Positions 50,902 through 63,092 of a DNA stretch of 64,000 nucleotides are shown here, in pieces; within the stretch, counting starts at the first letter, position 1; each line of letters begins with the position of its first letter. The notes below the pieces were generated by a model. The model worked only from the letters and a program-made list of their open reading frames with translations, was not told the DNA's origin and did not search any database. Location of the stretch: contig JAYQHX010000002.1 of NCBI GenBank assembly GCA_038141355.1, positions 933,900-997,899 of the forward strand, in the 5' to 3' direction. This stretch comes from Methanobacteriota archaeon. Lineage in GTDB: Archaea; Thermoplasmatota; Poseidoniia; Poseidoniales; Poseidoniaceae. A program made the translations under genes and the position numbers.

Positions 50902-53655
50902 ATGCCAGCGGTAATCATAGCCGAAAAGCCAAGTGTTGCCGCTGATATTGCTAACACGCTGAAAGTTAGGAAAAGACACGAAACTCATTGGGAATCAGAA
51001 GGAATAATTGTCACTTGGGCTGTTGGTCATCTTCTAGAGTTGAAAACTCCAGAAGAGTATAATGAATCCTTCAAAAATTGGCACTCTAGTTTGGACGATC
51101 TTCCTTTCATACCAGATAAATTCCAACTAAAACCAATCGGTGGAAGAGGCTCTAATAAAAAACAGTTAGCGGCGATAAAAAAACTAATCACATCGAAAGA
51201 ATGTGATGAAGTTGTAAATGCATGTGACGCAGCTCGAGAAGGAGAACTAATCTTTCGCAGAATTATGGAATACGCAAAGGTTGGAGTAAAATCTTCACGC
51301 ATGTGGCTGCAATCAATGACCAAGGATGCTATTGAATCCGCTTGGAATAACAGAAAAGACTCATCAAATTACGATAATCTAAAAGACGCAGCTGAATCTA
51401 GAGCCGAAGCCGATTGGATTATTGGAATGAACGGTTCTAGGGTAGCATCTATGCTACTGAGAGTTGGTAGAAGTGATAAAAAATCACTTTCTTTAGGGAG
51501 AGTGCAAACTGCAACATTAGCCATGATTGTTGACCACGAATTGAAAATTCTATCACATAAGCCAGAACCATTTTGGAGTTTAGAAGCCGATTTCAAAGCA
51601 GATGATGGTAAATGGACAGCACGCTGGGAGAGGGTTGGTCACAAGGATGACCCAGAAAAACCCGAAACCAAGGCGCACAGAATAACAGAGAAGCAGGAAA
51701 AAGATGAAATCGAGTCCATAATGAACTCTGAAGGAGATTTTACGGTTGAACAGTTCGACAGAGAGAAAATAGAGAAGCCTCCAGTGAATTTTGATTTAAC
51801 TTCTTTACAAAGAGAAGCCAATAATCTTTGGTCTTGGGCAGCAAGAAGGACCCTTTCTGTTGCACAGGAGCTTTATGACACCCACAAATTGACTACCTAT
51901 CCTCGAACTGATTCTAGGTATTTACCAGAAGACATGATTGAAACTATCTCACAAACAATCAGACAATTAGGCGCACAAGAAGATTTTGAGCCACACTCAC
52001 AATACTTGGTCCAAAATGGGTTGAAAAATTCAAAGAGAAACTTTGATGATTCAAAAGTTTCAGACCACTTTGCCATCATACCAACAGGGAAATTACCAGA
52101 AGGAAATTTATCAAATGATGCTGCAAAACTTTACGATTTAATCGCTAGACAGTTCATGGCTTCCTTCCATCCTGAATCTATTTGGACCGTAGAAAAAAGA
52201 ATTGCTAGTAAGCAAGGACATGAATTTGTAAAGGAGGCGCAACAAATCAAAGTTGAAGGATGGAGAGCGGTCCGTCCAAAAAATCAAACCTTCCCAGATG
52301 GATGGGGCAGATTGAAATCTAACCCCTCAGATGCAAAGCTAGAATCGTTTGAATTTTCAGAAGAGAAAACAAAACCAGTGGGTAGGTTGAAGGAAGCCGG
52401 ACTATTGCGATTAATGGAAAATGCTGGAAAAGAAATCGACGATGAAGAACTTTCTGCTGCGATGAAGGATAAAGGTCTTGGAACTCCAGCAACACGTGCA
52501 GATACAATTGAAAAATTGATTTCAAGAGATTTCATATCTCGAGGGAAAGGAGGTTCCATTAGGGCTAACCCACATGGAATTAGATTGATTGACATGCTCA
52601 GAAGAATTCCTATTGACTGGATTACATCTGCAGAGTTAACAGGAGAAATGGAATCAAAATTATCTGGAGTGCAAAAGGGTGATGTAAAGCGAAACGAGTA
52701 CATGAAAGAAATACAATCCCTAGTTTCAGAATTGGTCGATTCAATAAAAAATCATGACAGAAATTTGTTTTATCAAAGCGAAGAAAGCGTGGGTGTATGT
52801 CCGGAATGTTCGGGCAAAATGAACGAAACTGTGATGTCATACATATGTGAAAAAAATGCAGGAAGAAATGAAGGTTGTTCATTCGTTTTGTGGAAAGACT
52901 CCAGCGGTAGATGGTTCGACCACTCGACTGTCACTAGATTATTGGCTGAAAAAGAGATCAAAGATTTGCATGGTTTCTTCTCGATGAGAGGTGAAACTTA
53001 CAGTAGTGATGTATCTCTAACAAATTCTGGATTAGTTGTTGGAGGAAAAGAAGAATCAATCATTCAAGATACTGATGAGATTCTGTGTCCTTGTCCAACC
53101 TGCGATAATGGAAATATTAGAAATGGCTCTACTTCATACGCCTGTGACTCAGAAGAATGTAAATTCCGCGGGATAGGTAAATTGATCTGCGAAGTTGAAA
53201 TCACTTCGGAAATGGCCAAGAAAATCTTAGTTGAGGGTAAGTCTGATCTTATTGAAGGATTCATATCAAAGAGGACTAAAAGGGCATTTTCCGCATACTT
53301 AGTTTTAGGTAAAGATAAGACCACCTTTGAATTTCCTCCTAGAGAAGCTCCTGCTGACGCAACTCGTTTCGAAGTCGTAGAGGGTGTAGTAGCAATTTGT
53401 CCCAAGCACAATATTGGAATTATTGAAACACCAACCCATTTCCAACCTGAAAACAGTTCTACAGGATGCAGGTTATCAATTGCAAGAGAAATGAGTAAAA
53501 GAGAAATTACCAGGGAAAATGCAAAACAACTGATTGAGAAAAAAAGTATCGGCCCATTCGATGATTTCATTGCGAAGAAATCTGGAAAACCATTTTCAGC
53601 GACTCTATATGTCAGAGGAAATGAATCCATTGGATATCGCTTTAACAAGAAATAA
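50902..53655 (+). CDS. topB: Type IA DNA topoisomerase, bacterial Topo III-like, with Zn ribbons and C-terminal repeats
   Basis: AEKPSVA, ACDAAREGELIF, SLGRVQT, catalytic TYPRTDS, GLGTPATRA; repeated F.SK..G..FSA.L units. Confidence 0.88.
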   Translation: MPAVIIAEKPSVAADIANTLKVRKRHETHWESEGIIVTWAVGHLLELKTPEEYNESFKNWHSSLDDLPFIPDKFQLKPIGGRGSNKKQLAAIKKLITSKECDEVVNACDAAREGELIFRRIMEYAKVGVKSSRMWLQSMTKDAIESAWNNRKDSSNYDNLKDAAESRAEADWIIGMNGSRVASMLLRVGRSDKKSLSLGRVQTATLAMIVDHELKILSHKPEPFWSLEADFKADDGKWTARWERVGHKDDPEKPETKAHRITEKQEKDEIESIMNSEGDFTVEQFDREKIEKPPVNFDLTSLQREANNLWSWAARRTLSVAQELYDTHKLTTYPRTDSRYLPEDMIETISQTIRQLGAQEDFEPHSQYLVQNGLKNSKRNFDDSKVSDHFAIIPTGKLPEGNLSNDAAKLYDLIARQFMASFHPESIWTVEKRIASKQGHEFVKEAQQIKVEGWRAVRPKNQTFPDGWGRLKSNPSDAKLESFEFSEEKTKPVGRLKEAGLLRLMENAGKEIDDEELSAAMKDKGLGTPATRADTIEKLISRDFISRGKGGSIRANPHGIRLIDMLRRIPIDWITSAELTGEMESKLSGVQKGDVKRNEYMKEIQSLVSELVDSIKNHDRNLFYQSEESVGVCPECSGKMNETVMSYICEKNAGRNEGCSFVLWKDSSGRWFDHSTVTRLLAEKEIKDLHGFFSMRGETYSSDVSLTNSGLVVGGKEESIIQDTDEILCPCPTCDNGNIRNGSTSYACDSEECKFRGIGKLICEVEITSEMAKKILVEGKSDLIEGFISKRTKRAFSAYLVLGKDKTTFEFPPREAPADATRFEVVEGVVAICPKHNIGIIETPTHFQPENSSTGCRLSIAREMSKREITRENAKQLIEKKSIGPFDDFIAKKSGKPFSATLYVRGNESIGYRFNKK

Positions 53656-53697
53656 ATTTGCATAACCTTGACATTTGATGAGATACTGGATGTAATA

Positions 53698-54894
53698 ATG
53701 TACCATGTGGTAATCATTGGAGCGGGTCCAGTCGGCGGGCGTCTCGCTACTGAATTATCGCTAAGAGGTATCAAAACTCTAATGATTGAAGAGCATTCTG
53801 AAATCGGAAGGCCATTTCAATGTGCTGGGTTGGTAAATCCTCCCGCAATGCAAGCAGTTGGTTTAGAGGATTCAATTCTTCAAAACATCAACGGAGCATT
53901 AATTCATTCACCATCTGGAATACAAGTCCCGGTAGGAAATGAAGAAACGATTAGAACACATGTAGTCTGCAGGAAGAAATTTGACCAAGGAGTCGTAAGA
54001 CAAGCAATGGAAGCAGGTGCACATCTTTGGCTAAATTCAAGGCCAGAAGATGCGATAATTAACAAGGAACACGTCGAATTGACAATAAATAGAGATGGTC
54101 AGATAAATACAATTCAAACTAAACTTCTAGTTGGTGCGGACGGGGCTCATTCCTGGACTCGAAGAAAGTTCAGATTGGGAGACCCAAGGAAATGATGATC
54201 GGTTTTCAGACCGATGTGCAGGGATTGAGTGGAAAAGATAACTGGTTAGAAATGTATACCGGCTCTGATATAGCTCCAGGATTTTTGCATGGGTCATCCC
54301 AACAGGAAATAATACACATAGGATTGGTATTTGGTCCAAGGCCAATTTACTCGATGGAAAGAGTATAGAAGAATGCTATCATTCACTCCTAAATCATCCG
54401 CTGTGGATAAATAGGTTCGAAGATGCAAAAGAGGTGGCAAGATATTGTGGACCTGTTCCTTGTGGTATGTTGAGAAAGCCATACAAAGATCGTGTCATGT
54501 TAATAGGAGATGCCGCCGGCATGGCTAAACCCACAACAGGTGGAGGAATTGGACCAGGATTTAGACAAGTTGAAGCAATTATCGAAAAATTATCTGTCTC
54601 AATAACTAAAGACAAATTGTCTCAATCTGACATAGCCGCGTTTGTAAACCATATAACAAACTGAGTAAGGAATTGGACAGAGCAAGAGCTTTACGGGATT
54701 TACTTGTCACAATTCCGAATGATAAAGAATTAGATTCTCATTTCGCCATGTTCAATAGACCTGAAATCCTAGAACTGATTAATGAAATCGGCGATATTGA
54801 ACATCCAGTCCCACTAGGAATGGCCCTATTAAAACAAGTTCCTGAATTTAGAAAACTAGCTCTAAAAGCCGGGGTAAAATTACTATTTGCGTGA
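53698..54894 (+). CDS. Geranylgeranyl reductase family FAD oxidoreductase (3 frameshifts near 54190, 54285 and 54640)
   Basis: IIGAGPVG, P.QCAG, RKKFD, GADG, APG.FAWVIP (split), GDAAGMAKPTTGGGI. Confidence 0.85.
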
Positions 54895-55981
54895 GTGATG
54901 ATATGGTAAAAATCACACATAGGATACGATATCCGCCATTTGAATCATCAAAAATTAATCCACAAAAACTACCTATTGCTGAGAATAATTTTGAACTCGA
55001 AGGCCCGGTTGTCCCAGCATTCAAACTGGGGTCAGATGATTCATGGTTGGTCGAACGAATTATAGAAGGTGATTATGAATATGATTCAAAATACCACGGT
55101 CCAGTTCCAACTGCAATTGAGAAACAAAGAACAGGTTGGTATATCCTGCCTAACCCAATTCATTCAAAAGCGAGGAATTTCATCAATATTTCAGTTATCA
55201 TATTGATGGTTGCACTATTTTATCTATTCACTGCTCCAATACAAAATTCCATGGGAATTCCGACATTTGGGACCGGGAAAATTCGTTTAGGATTACTCGA
55301 TTACCCGGTCCTTGCAATTGTTGTCGTACCTCTCCTTATAACTCCAATCATTCTCAGAATTGCTGCGAATTTATCAGACTTGAATCGACAAAAAGAATTC
55401 CTCTCAAATTCACCAGAAGCCCCAATATTCGAATTTGAAAAAGTTGAAAGTAATTCCAATCTCTCGGGCAAAGTTCGATTCAAAAAGGTTCCTGAAGGAA
55501 GCACCGAAATTAGACTAACATGGAGAGTTGGTGTTTTGCCTCCTGCAAGACATCGCTTGTTCTCAGCACTTGATTTGGACCCAAGCGGCCAACCCCTCCT
55601 GGTCTAACAACTCCATTGCCACATCATTGGGAAAAAGGGTTGGATGATGGAACAGGGATGGGAGAAGATGCCCCAATGGAACGACACGATGTTCCCGGAG
55701 GTATGTTTTTGCGCCCAATGAGAATAATGAGTATCGGTGGTTCGGAAAATATCCCGCTAGAAGGAGGTAAATTCGACTTATCTAAACCGGAAGGTGAATG
55801 GCCCGGAACCGTTTACGGTGATCTAGTAAGAATCCACTGGGAATGTATAATTACGTTTGAGAGAGAAAATAATCGACCGATAATGTGGGTACAACCATTA
55901 ATTGTTTCCCACTCTGAAAAAGAAATATCGAACCCTGAACTGAACATTCAAGATGGACGTACTGAGACTGATGTTTTTTAG
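54891..55981 (+). CDS. Hypothetical 2-TM membrane protein (frameshift near 55598)
   Basis: ORFs 54891-55607 and 55616-55981 join at a C-run (AACCCCTCC). Confidence 0.6.
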
Positions 55982-56015
55982 AAGGATTCATGTGCTTGGC
56001 ATATAGTGTAATGCC

Positions 56016-59000
56016 ATGAAGGGGCGCTCAGCACAAGCTATATTTTTGGCAGTACTCATGGTAATGTCTGGTTGTTTGTCTTCTGAAACACCTATCGAAG
56101 ATCGAAGATACTGACGAAAATGTCGACAACATACCTGTTTCTGCTTGGTTAGTAATGGACAATTATCTTCTCGAAACTAAATTAGGAGATATTGTTATGA
56201 TAACCGGTGATTTTGAGATTACTCCAGTAGGGACAGAATACTCAATTTTGTATGATATAATTTCTCCAACTGGGATTAGGGATATTGAATCATCAATCCT
56301 GGAAGATGGTCAAATTGTGAAAATCCTATTCTCACCTGATGAGCCAGGGGATTGGGCTGTTGTAGTGAAATTGTATGTAGGAGATATCTCTGACCCAATC
56401 ATAAGTCAATCAAATTTTTTCGTCAATATTCCCAATGAAGGTGACGTTATTCTGACTACAGATTCTAGAATTGAATTAGATGGAATACAAAATTTAGTTT
56501 TTTCAGGCACAGTGTCACATACAAATCTTGAATCTTGTGAAATTAATTTCAATAATAATCCATATCAGATTTCAGAAAACGGGGTTTTCTCAATTGATGC
56601 AGGTATAGTGGAAGAGAACACCGAACTTACAGTAAATGTTGAATGTGGACAATGGACAAAATCGTTTGATTCTAAAACCATTCAAGTTGTAATACTGAAC
56701 TTAGATGACTTAGATGGAGACGGGATTCAAAACGATGCAGACAAGTGCCCTAATGGCATGGGCAAAGATGAGGGTTGGACTTCAACATCTTCGACAGATT
56801 ACGATAGTGATGGATGCAATGATGAATCTGAAGATTTTGATGATGATGGTGACATGTTGCCAGATTTTGACGATGATTGTCTTTCGGAGTTAGGATGGAT
56901 TAGCAACCAAACATCAGATCATGATGCAGATGGTTGTTCGGATAATTTACAAGATGAAGATGACGATAATGATGGAGTATTGGATTTGTATGATGATTGT
57001 CCCCGAGGTGACCTTAATTGGGAATCTAAGTCTTACACTGATTGGGATGCTGATGGTTGTAGAGACTTATCGGAAGACCTTGATGATGATAACGATGGAG
57101 TTGATGATGTAGTTGACTCATGCTGGCGTGGTTATTCAAATTGGAACAGCATCTCTGAATTTGATTATGATGGCGATGGATGTTATGATTCAACAGAAGA
57201 TGAAGACGATGATGCTGACGGAGTAAATGATGTTAATGAAACAGGACAAACATTAGACTTATGTCCTCGTTCACCTCTGAATGCAACAGATGTAGATGAG
57301 AATGGATGCGATGCTACAGAAAGAGATACTGATTCGGATGGAGTTAGTGATGCAAATGACCAATGTCAAGGTACTCCTGCTGGCCTTGTCGTAAATTCAG
57401 TAGGCTGTGCTGATGTCGATGGTGATGGAGTATATTCGAATGTTGATAATTGCTCAGATACAGAGCAAAAATGGAGTGTCAATAGTGAGGGATGTGCTGT
57501 AAATCAGATACCAGTTCCGTGGAAGGAAACAGGGCATGGAACAAATAGAATGGATACTGTAGCCCATTTTTCATTACCGACATTAGACGGAACATGGTCA
57601 TTTAGAAACCAATGGAACGGTGAAGATGTGTATATTTTCTTGTTCAAATACACCGATTCATCTGGCAATAGTAATAACGCAGATTGGTCAAAGAATCCAG
57701 GCTCTATGATACGACAGTTACCAGATAATGCTCACCTTTTCTACGGATCGTTTGATAATTCATATTACAATGACGTTCAAGGAAGAAAAACTGCGGTTCA
57801 AAACGCACTAAACCCAAATGAGGAAATCAAATGGGCAAATCGAATACATTACATTGACCAAGATATGTCTACGGCAAGTGGTGGATTGGGTGACCTAATC
57901 AATAATTGGGGCTCCTTATACTATGGAATTGATAGATTTCAAAGGGGTAGAGAAATTGGTTCTATTTATGCTTGGACTAGCCAAACAAATGACATTACAC
58001 ATTGGGCTTATGAAGCTAGAATGTATAATTACGAATTTGATGTTGAAATCCGTGAAACCGACCCAAATATCGAAGTGGTCACAATTGTCGATGAACAATG
58101 GCATAATGGCGGATGGAGTTCTGGATATACGTCAACATATTCTAATGTCAACATAACACTTCCAGACAATCTAACAACTTATGACACACTTGAAGTCTAT
58201 CACGAACATGCTTGTGAGGACCGAAGAAATCGATATCAAAAATCAGACGGCACCTATGGTGGCTGTCATGAATGGGATTACCTGGCATACATGAAAATTT
58301 GTGATAGAGATAATTCTTCTAAATGTGGCACAGAATTTATGAGATGGATTACAACTTATGGAAGAGAAGGTCGGTGGATAACAGACATTTCACCATACTT
58401 ATTCATGCTACAATCTGATGATGTAAGGACATTCAAATATCAAGGTGCGAATAAGGGCACTATGACAATCAAATTACTATTCTCTGATTGGGGTAGTGGA
58501 GAAAGAAGTTTTGCAGGTGAACAAATTTTCACCGGTGGAGAATTCAATGGGCAGTACAATAATGAATCTAGATACAAACGTCAACATAACTTTACGGTCG
58601 ATGAAGAGTATTACAAAGTTAGGATTGTAGCTACAATTACGGGCCACGGTTTCAATCAAGACCAAGCAAATTGTGCAGAATTCTGTGACCACGAGCATCA
58701 CTACTATCTGAATAATTTCCATGCATATGAATGGCACCCGATCGTGCATGACAGTCAAGGTTGTGAAAAAGAAGTCGATAGAGGAGTTGTTGCAAATCAA
58801 TTTGGATCTTGGCCATTTGGAAGGGCTGGTTGGTGCGCCGGACAAGATGTTAAACAATGGACATATGAAATAACTCATTGGGTTGATAATTCAACCACCA
58901 ATAATATCGAATACAAGGGGTTGTTCAATGGCCAAGAATACGTTCCTCAGGATACGAATGGTGGAAGCAGACAAATAAGGGCAAATATTTGGCTAGTATG

Positions 59001-59016
59001 GTATGTTCAGAATTGA
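56016..59016 (+). CDS. Lipoprotein with thrombospondin type-3-like Ca-binding repeats and a PNGase F-like C-terminal module (frameshift near 56100)
   Basis: MKGRSAQAIFLAVLMVMSGC lipobox; DxDxDG..D..D.CP repeats; CHEWDY, RWITTYGREG.W.TDISP, ITGHG, CAEFC, RAGWC.G. Confidence 0.8.
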
Positions 59017-60179
59017 ATTGGAGGAGGAGCAGGTAGCTTATCGATAACCGTATTTGGTTCGGGGGTCGAAAGTAGTTCATACCTTGAATTTCTTCGAACC
59101 GGTTTGAAACCTGCTCTAACAATTGTGTCCTGTAATTCGAGTTCAGTTGCTTGAATTTTTCAGTCCCTGACGCAGAAACCACATTTTCTTCCATCATTGT
59201 TGAACCAGCATCGTCAGCACCCCCAATAGTGCCATCTGAGCCACATGTATTCCCATTGTGGGCCAAGATGCTTGGATATGAGAAATATTGTCGAAGAATA
59301 ATCTGCTAACTGCAACATGTCTAAGATATTCTGTTGGGCCTGCTCCTAATTCGAACTTATTTTGTCCCTTGTTTCTCTTGCCATAGGTATTATTTTCTAA
59401 CTGAACTGGCCAAGCAATGAATGAAGTAAAGCCTGTCGAGTGAGCAGACAAACTTTCATCCTGTAAATTTCTGATTCGAGCCATGTGCTCAACTCTGTTC
59501 TCAATCGATTCACCAAAGCCAAATACATTTGTAGCGCTAGTGACTAAACCCAATGATTGTGCTTCACCCATAACTTTCAGCCAATTGTCTGGATGCCCCT
59601 TTTTGGGGAAACATCCTTTCTAACCGATTCAACTAAGATTTCTGCACCTCCTCCTGGAAGACCATGCATTCCTGCATCTTTCAAATGACGAAGAACCTCA
59701 ATTGTAGTCAAACCTGTCACTTCTGCAATGCCCTCGATTTCAATAGGTGAAAAACAATCCAAATCGATAGTTGGGTGACGTTTCTTTAGTTCAGATAGTA
59801 GATTGGTGTAATAATCCATTCCAAGTTCTGGATTCACACCACCTTGCATTAGTATTCGAACTCCTTGTATTTCTTCTAGTTCTTTCACTCTTTGACTAAT
59901 TTCATCAATAGATTGTGTATAGGTTTCATCATGTCCAGGAGGCCGATAAAAAGAACAAAATTGGCAATTGATGGTACAGATATTTGTATAATTTATATTT
60001 CTGTCAATAAGATATGTCACATTTTTGTTTCCGTTGATTAGCAATCGTTTTTGATGTGCTGATTTTCTAAGAGCATGTAATGGAGCATTGCGATATAGTT
60101 CAACCGCTTCACCAACGGTAATTCTTCGATCATTCGAAGCGAGTTCTGAAAGTATTTCACTCCAGTTCATCACTACCAC
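59007..60179 (-). CDS. mqnC: Cyclic dehypoxanthinyl futalosine synthase (MqnC/CofH-type radical SAM); 3 frameshifts
   Basis: DRNINYTNICTINCQFCSF, LMQGG, PGGGAEIL, FTSFIAW, IQASW, GADD.GSTMMEENVV, AGFKPVRRN. Confidence 0.85.
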
Positions 60180-61544
60180 TCAAGCAGTTCCAACAATCGC
60201 TTCAATATCAGCAATTGTTTTTGGGCAATCCTTTGAAAGGACATCAGGACCCTCTTTTGTTATCAAAACATCATCTTCAATCCTAATCCCAATATTGGCA
60301 TATTTTGGAGGGCATTCAACATCAGGCCTCCATGCACCAAAGTATAATCCGGGCTCAACTGTAATTACCATTCCCTCTTCGAAAACTCTAGCCTCATCAT
60401 TTGGCCTGTAAATTCCCACGTCATGAACATCTAATCCAAGCCAATGCCCTGTTCCATGCATATACCAGTTGCCCAATTCACCGTCTGGAGCTAATGCATC
60501 ATCCAGAGATTGTTGAATCACTCCAATTCGGATAAGGCCCTCAGCAAGTACTCTTCTTGCTTCATTATGAGGGGCATCATATGGGTTTCCGACTCGGCAT
60601 TTTTCAATTGCTGCCAATTGAGACTGTAAAACGATTTCATAGATTTCAGTTTGCGCTTCAGAAAACTTTCCGCTTACTGGCCACGACCGAGTAATATCTG
60701 ATGCATATCCTTCATATTCACAACCTGCATCGATTAGGATTACTTCTCCTTCTTCACAAACATCATTATTGACATTGTAATGCAATATGGTTGCGTTTTC
60801 TCCACTACCAATAATACATGGATATGAAATTCCATCCGTTTTACAATATTTGAATAGACCTTCTATGATTCCCTCTAACTGCCACTCACCTATACCTGGT
60901 TTTGTATTAGCCATTGCTTGTATATGTGCCTGGCTAGCAACTTTAGCAGAATGTCTCATTAGAGCAATTTCATTTTGGGATTTTCTCAATCTCAACTCAT
61001 TAATAAAAGGAGAAGGGTCGACAATACTCATTGGACCTGTACCAAATTTTTGTCTATCTCTTGAATTTCTTTTTACTTCATACTCAACCAAATTATCAAC
61101 TAAATGGTCAACACCAAGTTTTACAAAAACTCTCGAACAGTTGACTAACATCTTTGATAATCTTTCATCTAATTCTGTTATTGAATATGATTCATCTACT
61201 GGATAATCTGCTACCGCACCTTCAACACCAGGTCTTCTTCCTTCCCAAATTTCTTTTAGAATATCTTTTGGTTGAACGAATAAAACTCTTTTCCACTGGC
61301 CGTTTTCATTGTAAGCACAGAATGTCGATTCAGGATCACGCCAGCCTGTTAGATAAATCATATCTGAACTAGAGCGATAGTGGTAATGCACATCGTTAGA
61401 ACGTGTCGCTTCATGAGGATTAGTGATTATCAATAAATCCGAATTTTTCAGTTGAGAGAATAACCTATTCTGCCTTGATTCGTATTCTTCACAAGAAATA
61501 CGAGCCGGTTCATTTCCAACTGCGGCCAAAGATTCCTCCCACAT
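60180..61544 (-). CDS. pepP: Xaa-Pro aminopeptidase P (M24B)
   Basis: RSNDVHY.YR..SD, LHY, LIDAGCE..GYASDITR, HGTGHWLGLDVHD, TVEPGLY, GIRIEDD. Confidence 0.93.
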   Translation of the reverse strand: MWEESLAAVGNEPARISCEEYESRQNRLFSQLKNSDLLIITNPHEATRSNDVHYHYRSSSDMIYLTGWRDPESTFCAYNENGQWKRVLFVQPKDILKEIWEGRRPGVEGAVADYPVDESYSITELDERLSKMLVNCSRVFVKLGVDHLVDNLVEYEVKRNSRDRQKFGTGPMSIVDPSPFINELRLRKSQNEIALMRHSAKVASQAHIQAMANTKPGIGEWQLEGIIEGLFKYCKTDGISYPCIIGSGENATILHYNVNNDVCEEGEVILIDAGCEYEGYASDITRSWPVSGKFSEAQTEIYEIVLQSQLAAIEKCRVGNPYDAPHNEARRVLAEGLIRIGVIQQSLDDALAPDGELGNWYMHGTGHWLGLDVHDVGIYRPNDEARVFEEGMVITVEPGLYFGAWRPDVECPPKYANIGIRIEDDVLITKEGPDVLSKDCPKTIADIEAIVGTA

Positions 61545-61601
61545 GCTCCCTCGGTAGCGTAATGATTTTTTCAGTCCTTTCATTACTTGATAACAAAAAA
61601 T

Positions 61602-63089
61602 TCAGTTCCAATCATCATCATCCTCAGTCGCATCCGTAATTTCCTGCCTTTGTTTTTTAGTCCATTTTGGTAAATCACTAGCTGCTGGATTTCCTTTGCG
61701 AATGAAGAAGAAAATCATAATGCCACCAATTGCCACAAGCAAAATAATAGATGCAAGTAATGTGAGGCGATTATTATCTTCCGCAGATTCGATAGATTCT
61801 ACGACCAAATCAAAATTTTTACTATGAATTGCACCATCATCGTCTTCAATCTCTAATCGTATTGTATAAGTTCCCGGATCTAAATCAGCAATTGTATAAT
61901 TTTCATTTTCTGAAACCAAAGATTCATCCAAATACCATTTGTAGTTCATCGCTAATTTGTCAGATTCTGTATCGATTACTTCTGCACTCAATTCATGAGA
62001 TTCACCAGTTGTAGTTTCCCATTTTTCAGTTAGTGATACATTTAATCCATCAATTTCAAAATTGAACTCTGGAGGTAGGTTTTCGATTACAATTTCAACC
62101 GATTTAGATGCTGTTCTGCCTACTGAATCAAAGACATCTAGTTTTACTGTATAGGTTCCAGATGATTGAGGAACGAAGGTGTGGGTTAGTTTTTGAGTTC
62201 CTCCATTATCAATTACATTTAATGTTCCATCCGGCTGAGTGATGTACCACAGTGTCTGTAACTTATTGCCCCAAACTCCATCCCTTGAACCACTACCATC
62301 AATGAATAATTCTTCTCCTTCGTATGCTGTCAAAACTGCAATTAAATCAACGACAGGATCGGTTCTATCAACAAAAATTGTCGTTTCGATAATTGGAGAA
62401 TCCCGTAAAAACTCATCTTGAAGATAATACACAATGTTCCACCTTCCATCAAATAGATCTAATTCTGTAGCGTTTAGTGTGAAGGAATATGACTCTTCAT
62501 CCCAAGACATCGTCATGTCAGATGTATACGTCTGATTAGTACATGCTCCTTGGGGTGAATGACACCAACTGATTTTGATTTTCGATTGTTCGAGAATTCC
62601 AGTCGAAAGGTAGACATTACCGTGCAATTCTACGTTTTCGTCAAGATAAATATTTGATTCGTGTTTTGGAGATATTACTGGATTATGAGGCCCTTCTCCA
62701 ATGAATAAAATACGATTGAAGAAAATCTTGTCAAGTTCTAACGGCTGGTTTACCTCCAACCAGCAAGTACAGTTTAAACCCGTGACGTTTACTTCAATAT
62801 ACCATATCCAAATTCCTTCATCGACGGGAACAACAGAAGAAAAATAGTCTCCACTAACAACAACAGTCCATTCTTCATACGGGTCAGTGACATTGTAGAT
62901 TACCCATTCAGCATTTTGAGGATTAATGGTTGTTGAACCAGATATATTGAGGGTTTCATTAATCCATGTCCCATTAGGCATTGGACTAGTTATTTCCTCA
63001 TCTTCTGATATCGCAGAACCAGTTTCAACAATAGTCAAACAAATTATCGCAAGTGTTAGAGTAATACTAACTCGCAATAAACTCTTCAT
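61602..63089 (-). CDS. Secreted PKD/Ig-domain protein with C-terminal TM anchor
   Basis: Signal peptide; DGSGS.D, GTYTVKL.V.D, GTYTIRL.I.DDDG; TM helix plus LPKW tail. Confidence 0.8.
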   Translation of the reverse strand: MKSLLRVSITLTLAIICLTIVETGSAISEDEEITSPMPNGTWINETLNISGSTTINPQNAEWVIYNVTDPYEEWTVVVSGDYFSSVVPVDEGIWIWYIEVNVTGLNCTCWLEVNQPLELDKIFFNRILFIGEGPHNPVISPKHESNIYLDENVELHGNVYLSTGILEQSKIKISWCHSPQGACTNQTYTSDMTMSWDEESYSFTLNATELDLFDGRWNIVYYLQDEFLRDSPIIETTIFVDRTDPVVDLIAVLTAYEGEELFIDGSGSRDGVWGNKLQTLWYITQPDGTLNVIDNGGTQKLTHTFVPQSSGTYTVKLDVFDSVGRTASKSVEIVIENLPPEFNFEIDGLNVSLTEKWETTTGESHELSAEVIDTESDKLAMNYKWYLDESLVSENENYTIADLDPGTYTIRLEIEDDDGAIHSKNFDLVVESIESAEDNNRLTLLASIILLVAIGGIMIFFFIRKGNPAASDLPKWTKKQRQEITDATEDDDDWN

Positions 63090-63092
63090 TTA

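Noticed and set aside
56700..57500. Repetitive GAT-rich DNA (also 9050-9620 and 63100-63800) as a possible CRISPR or repeat array
   Set aside because: These are degenerate in-frame coding repeats for Asp/Glu-rich or Ca-binding motifs; there is no constant repeat-spacer structure and no cas gene.
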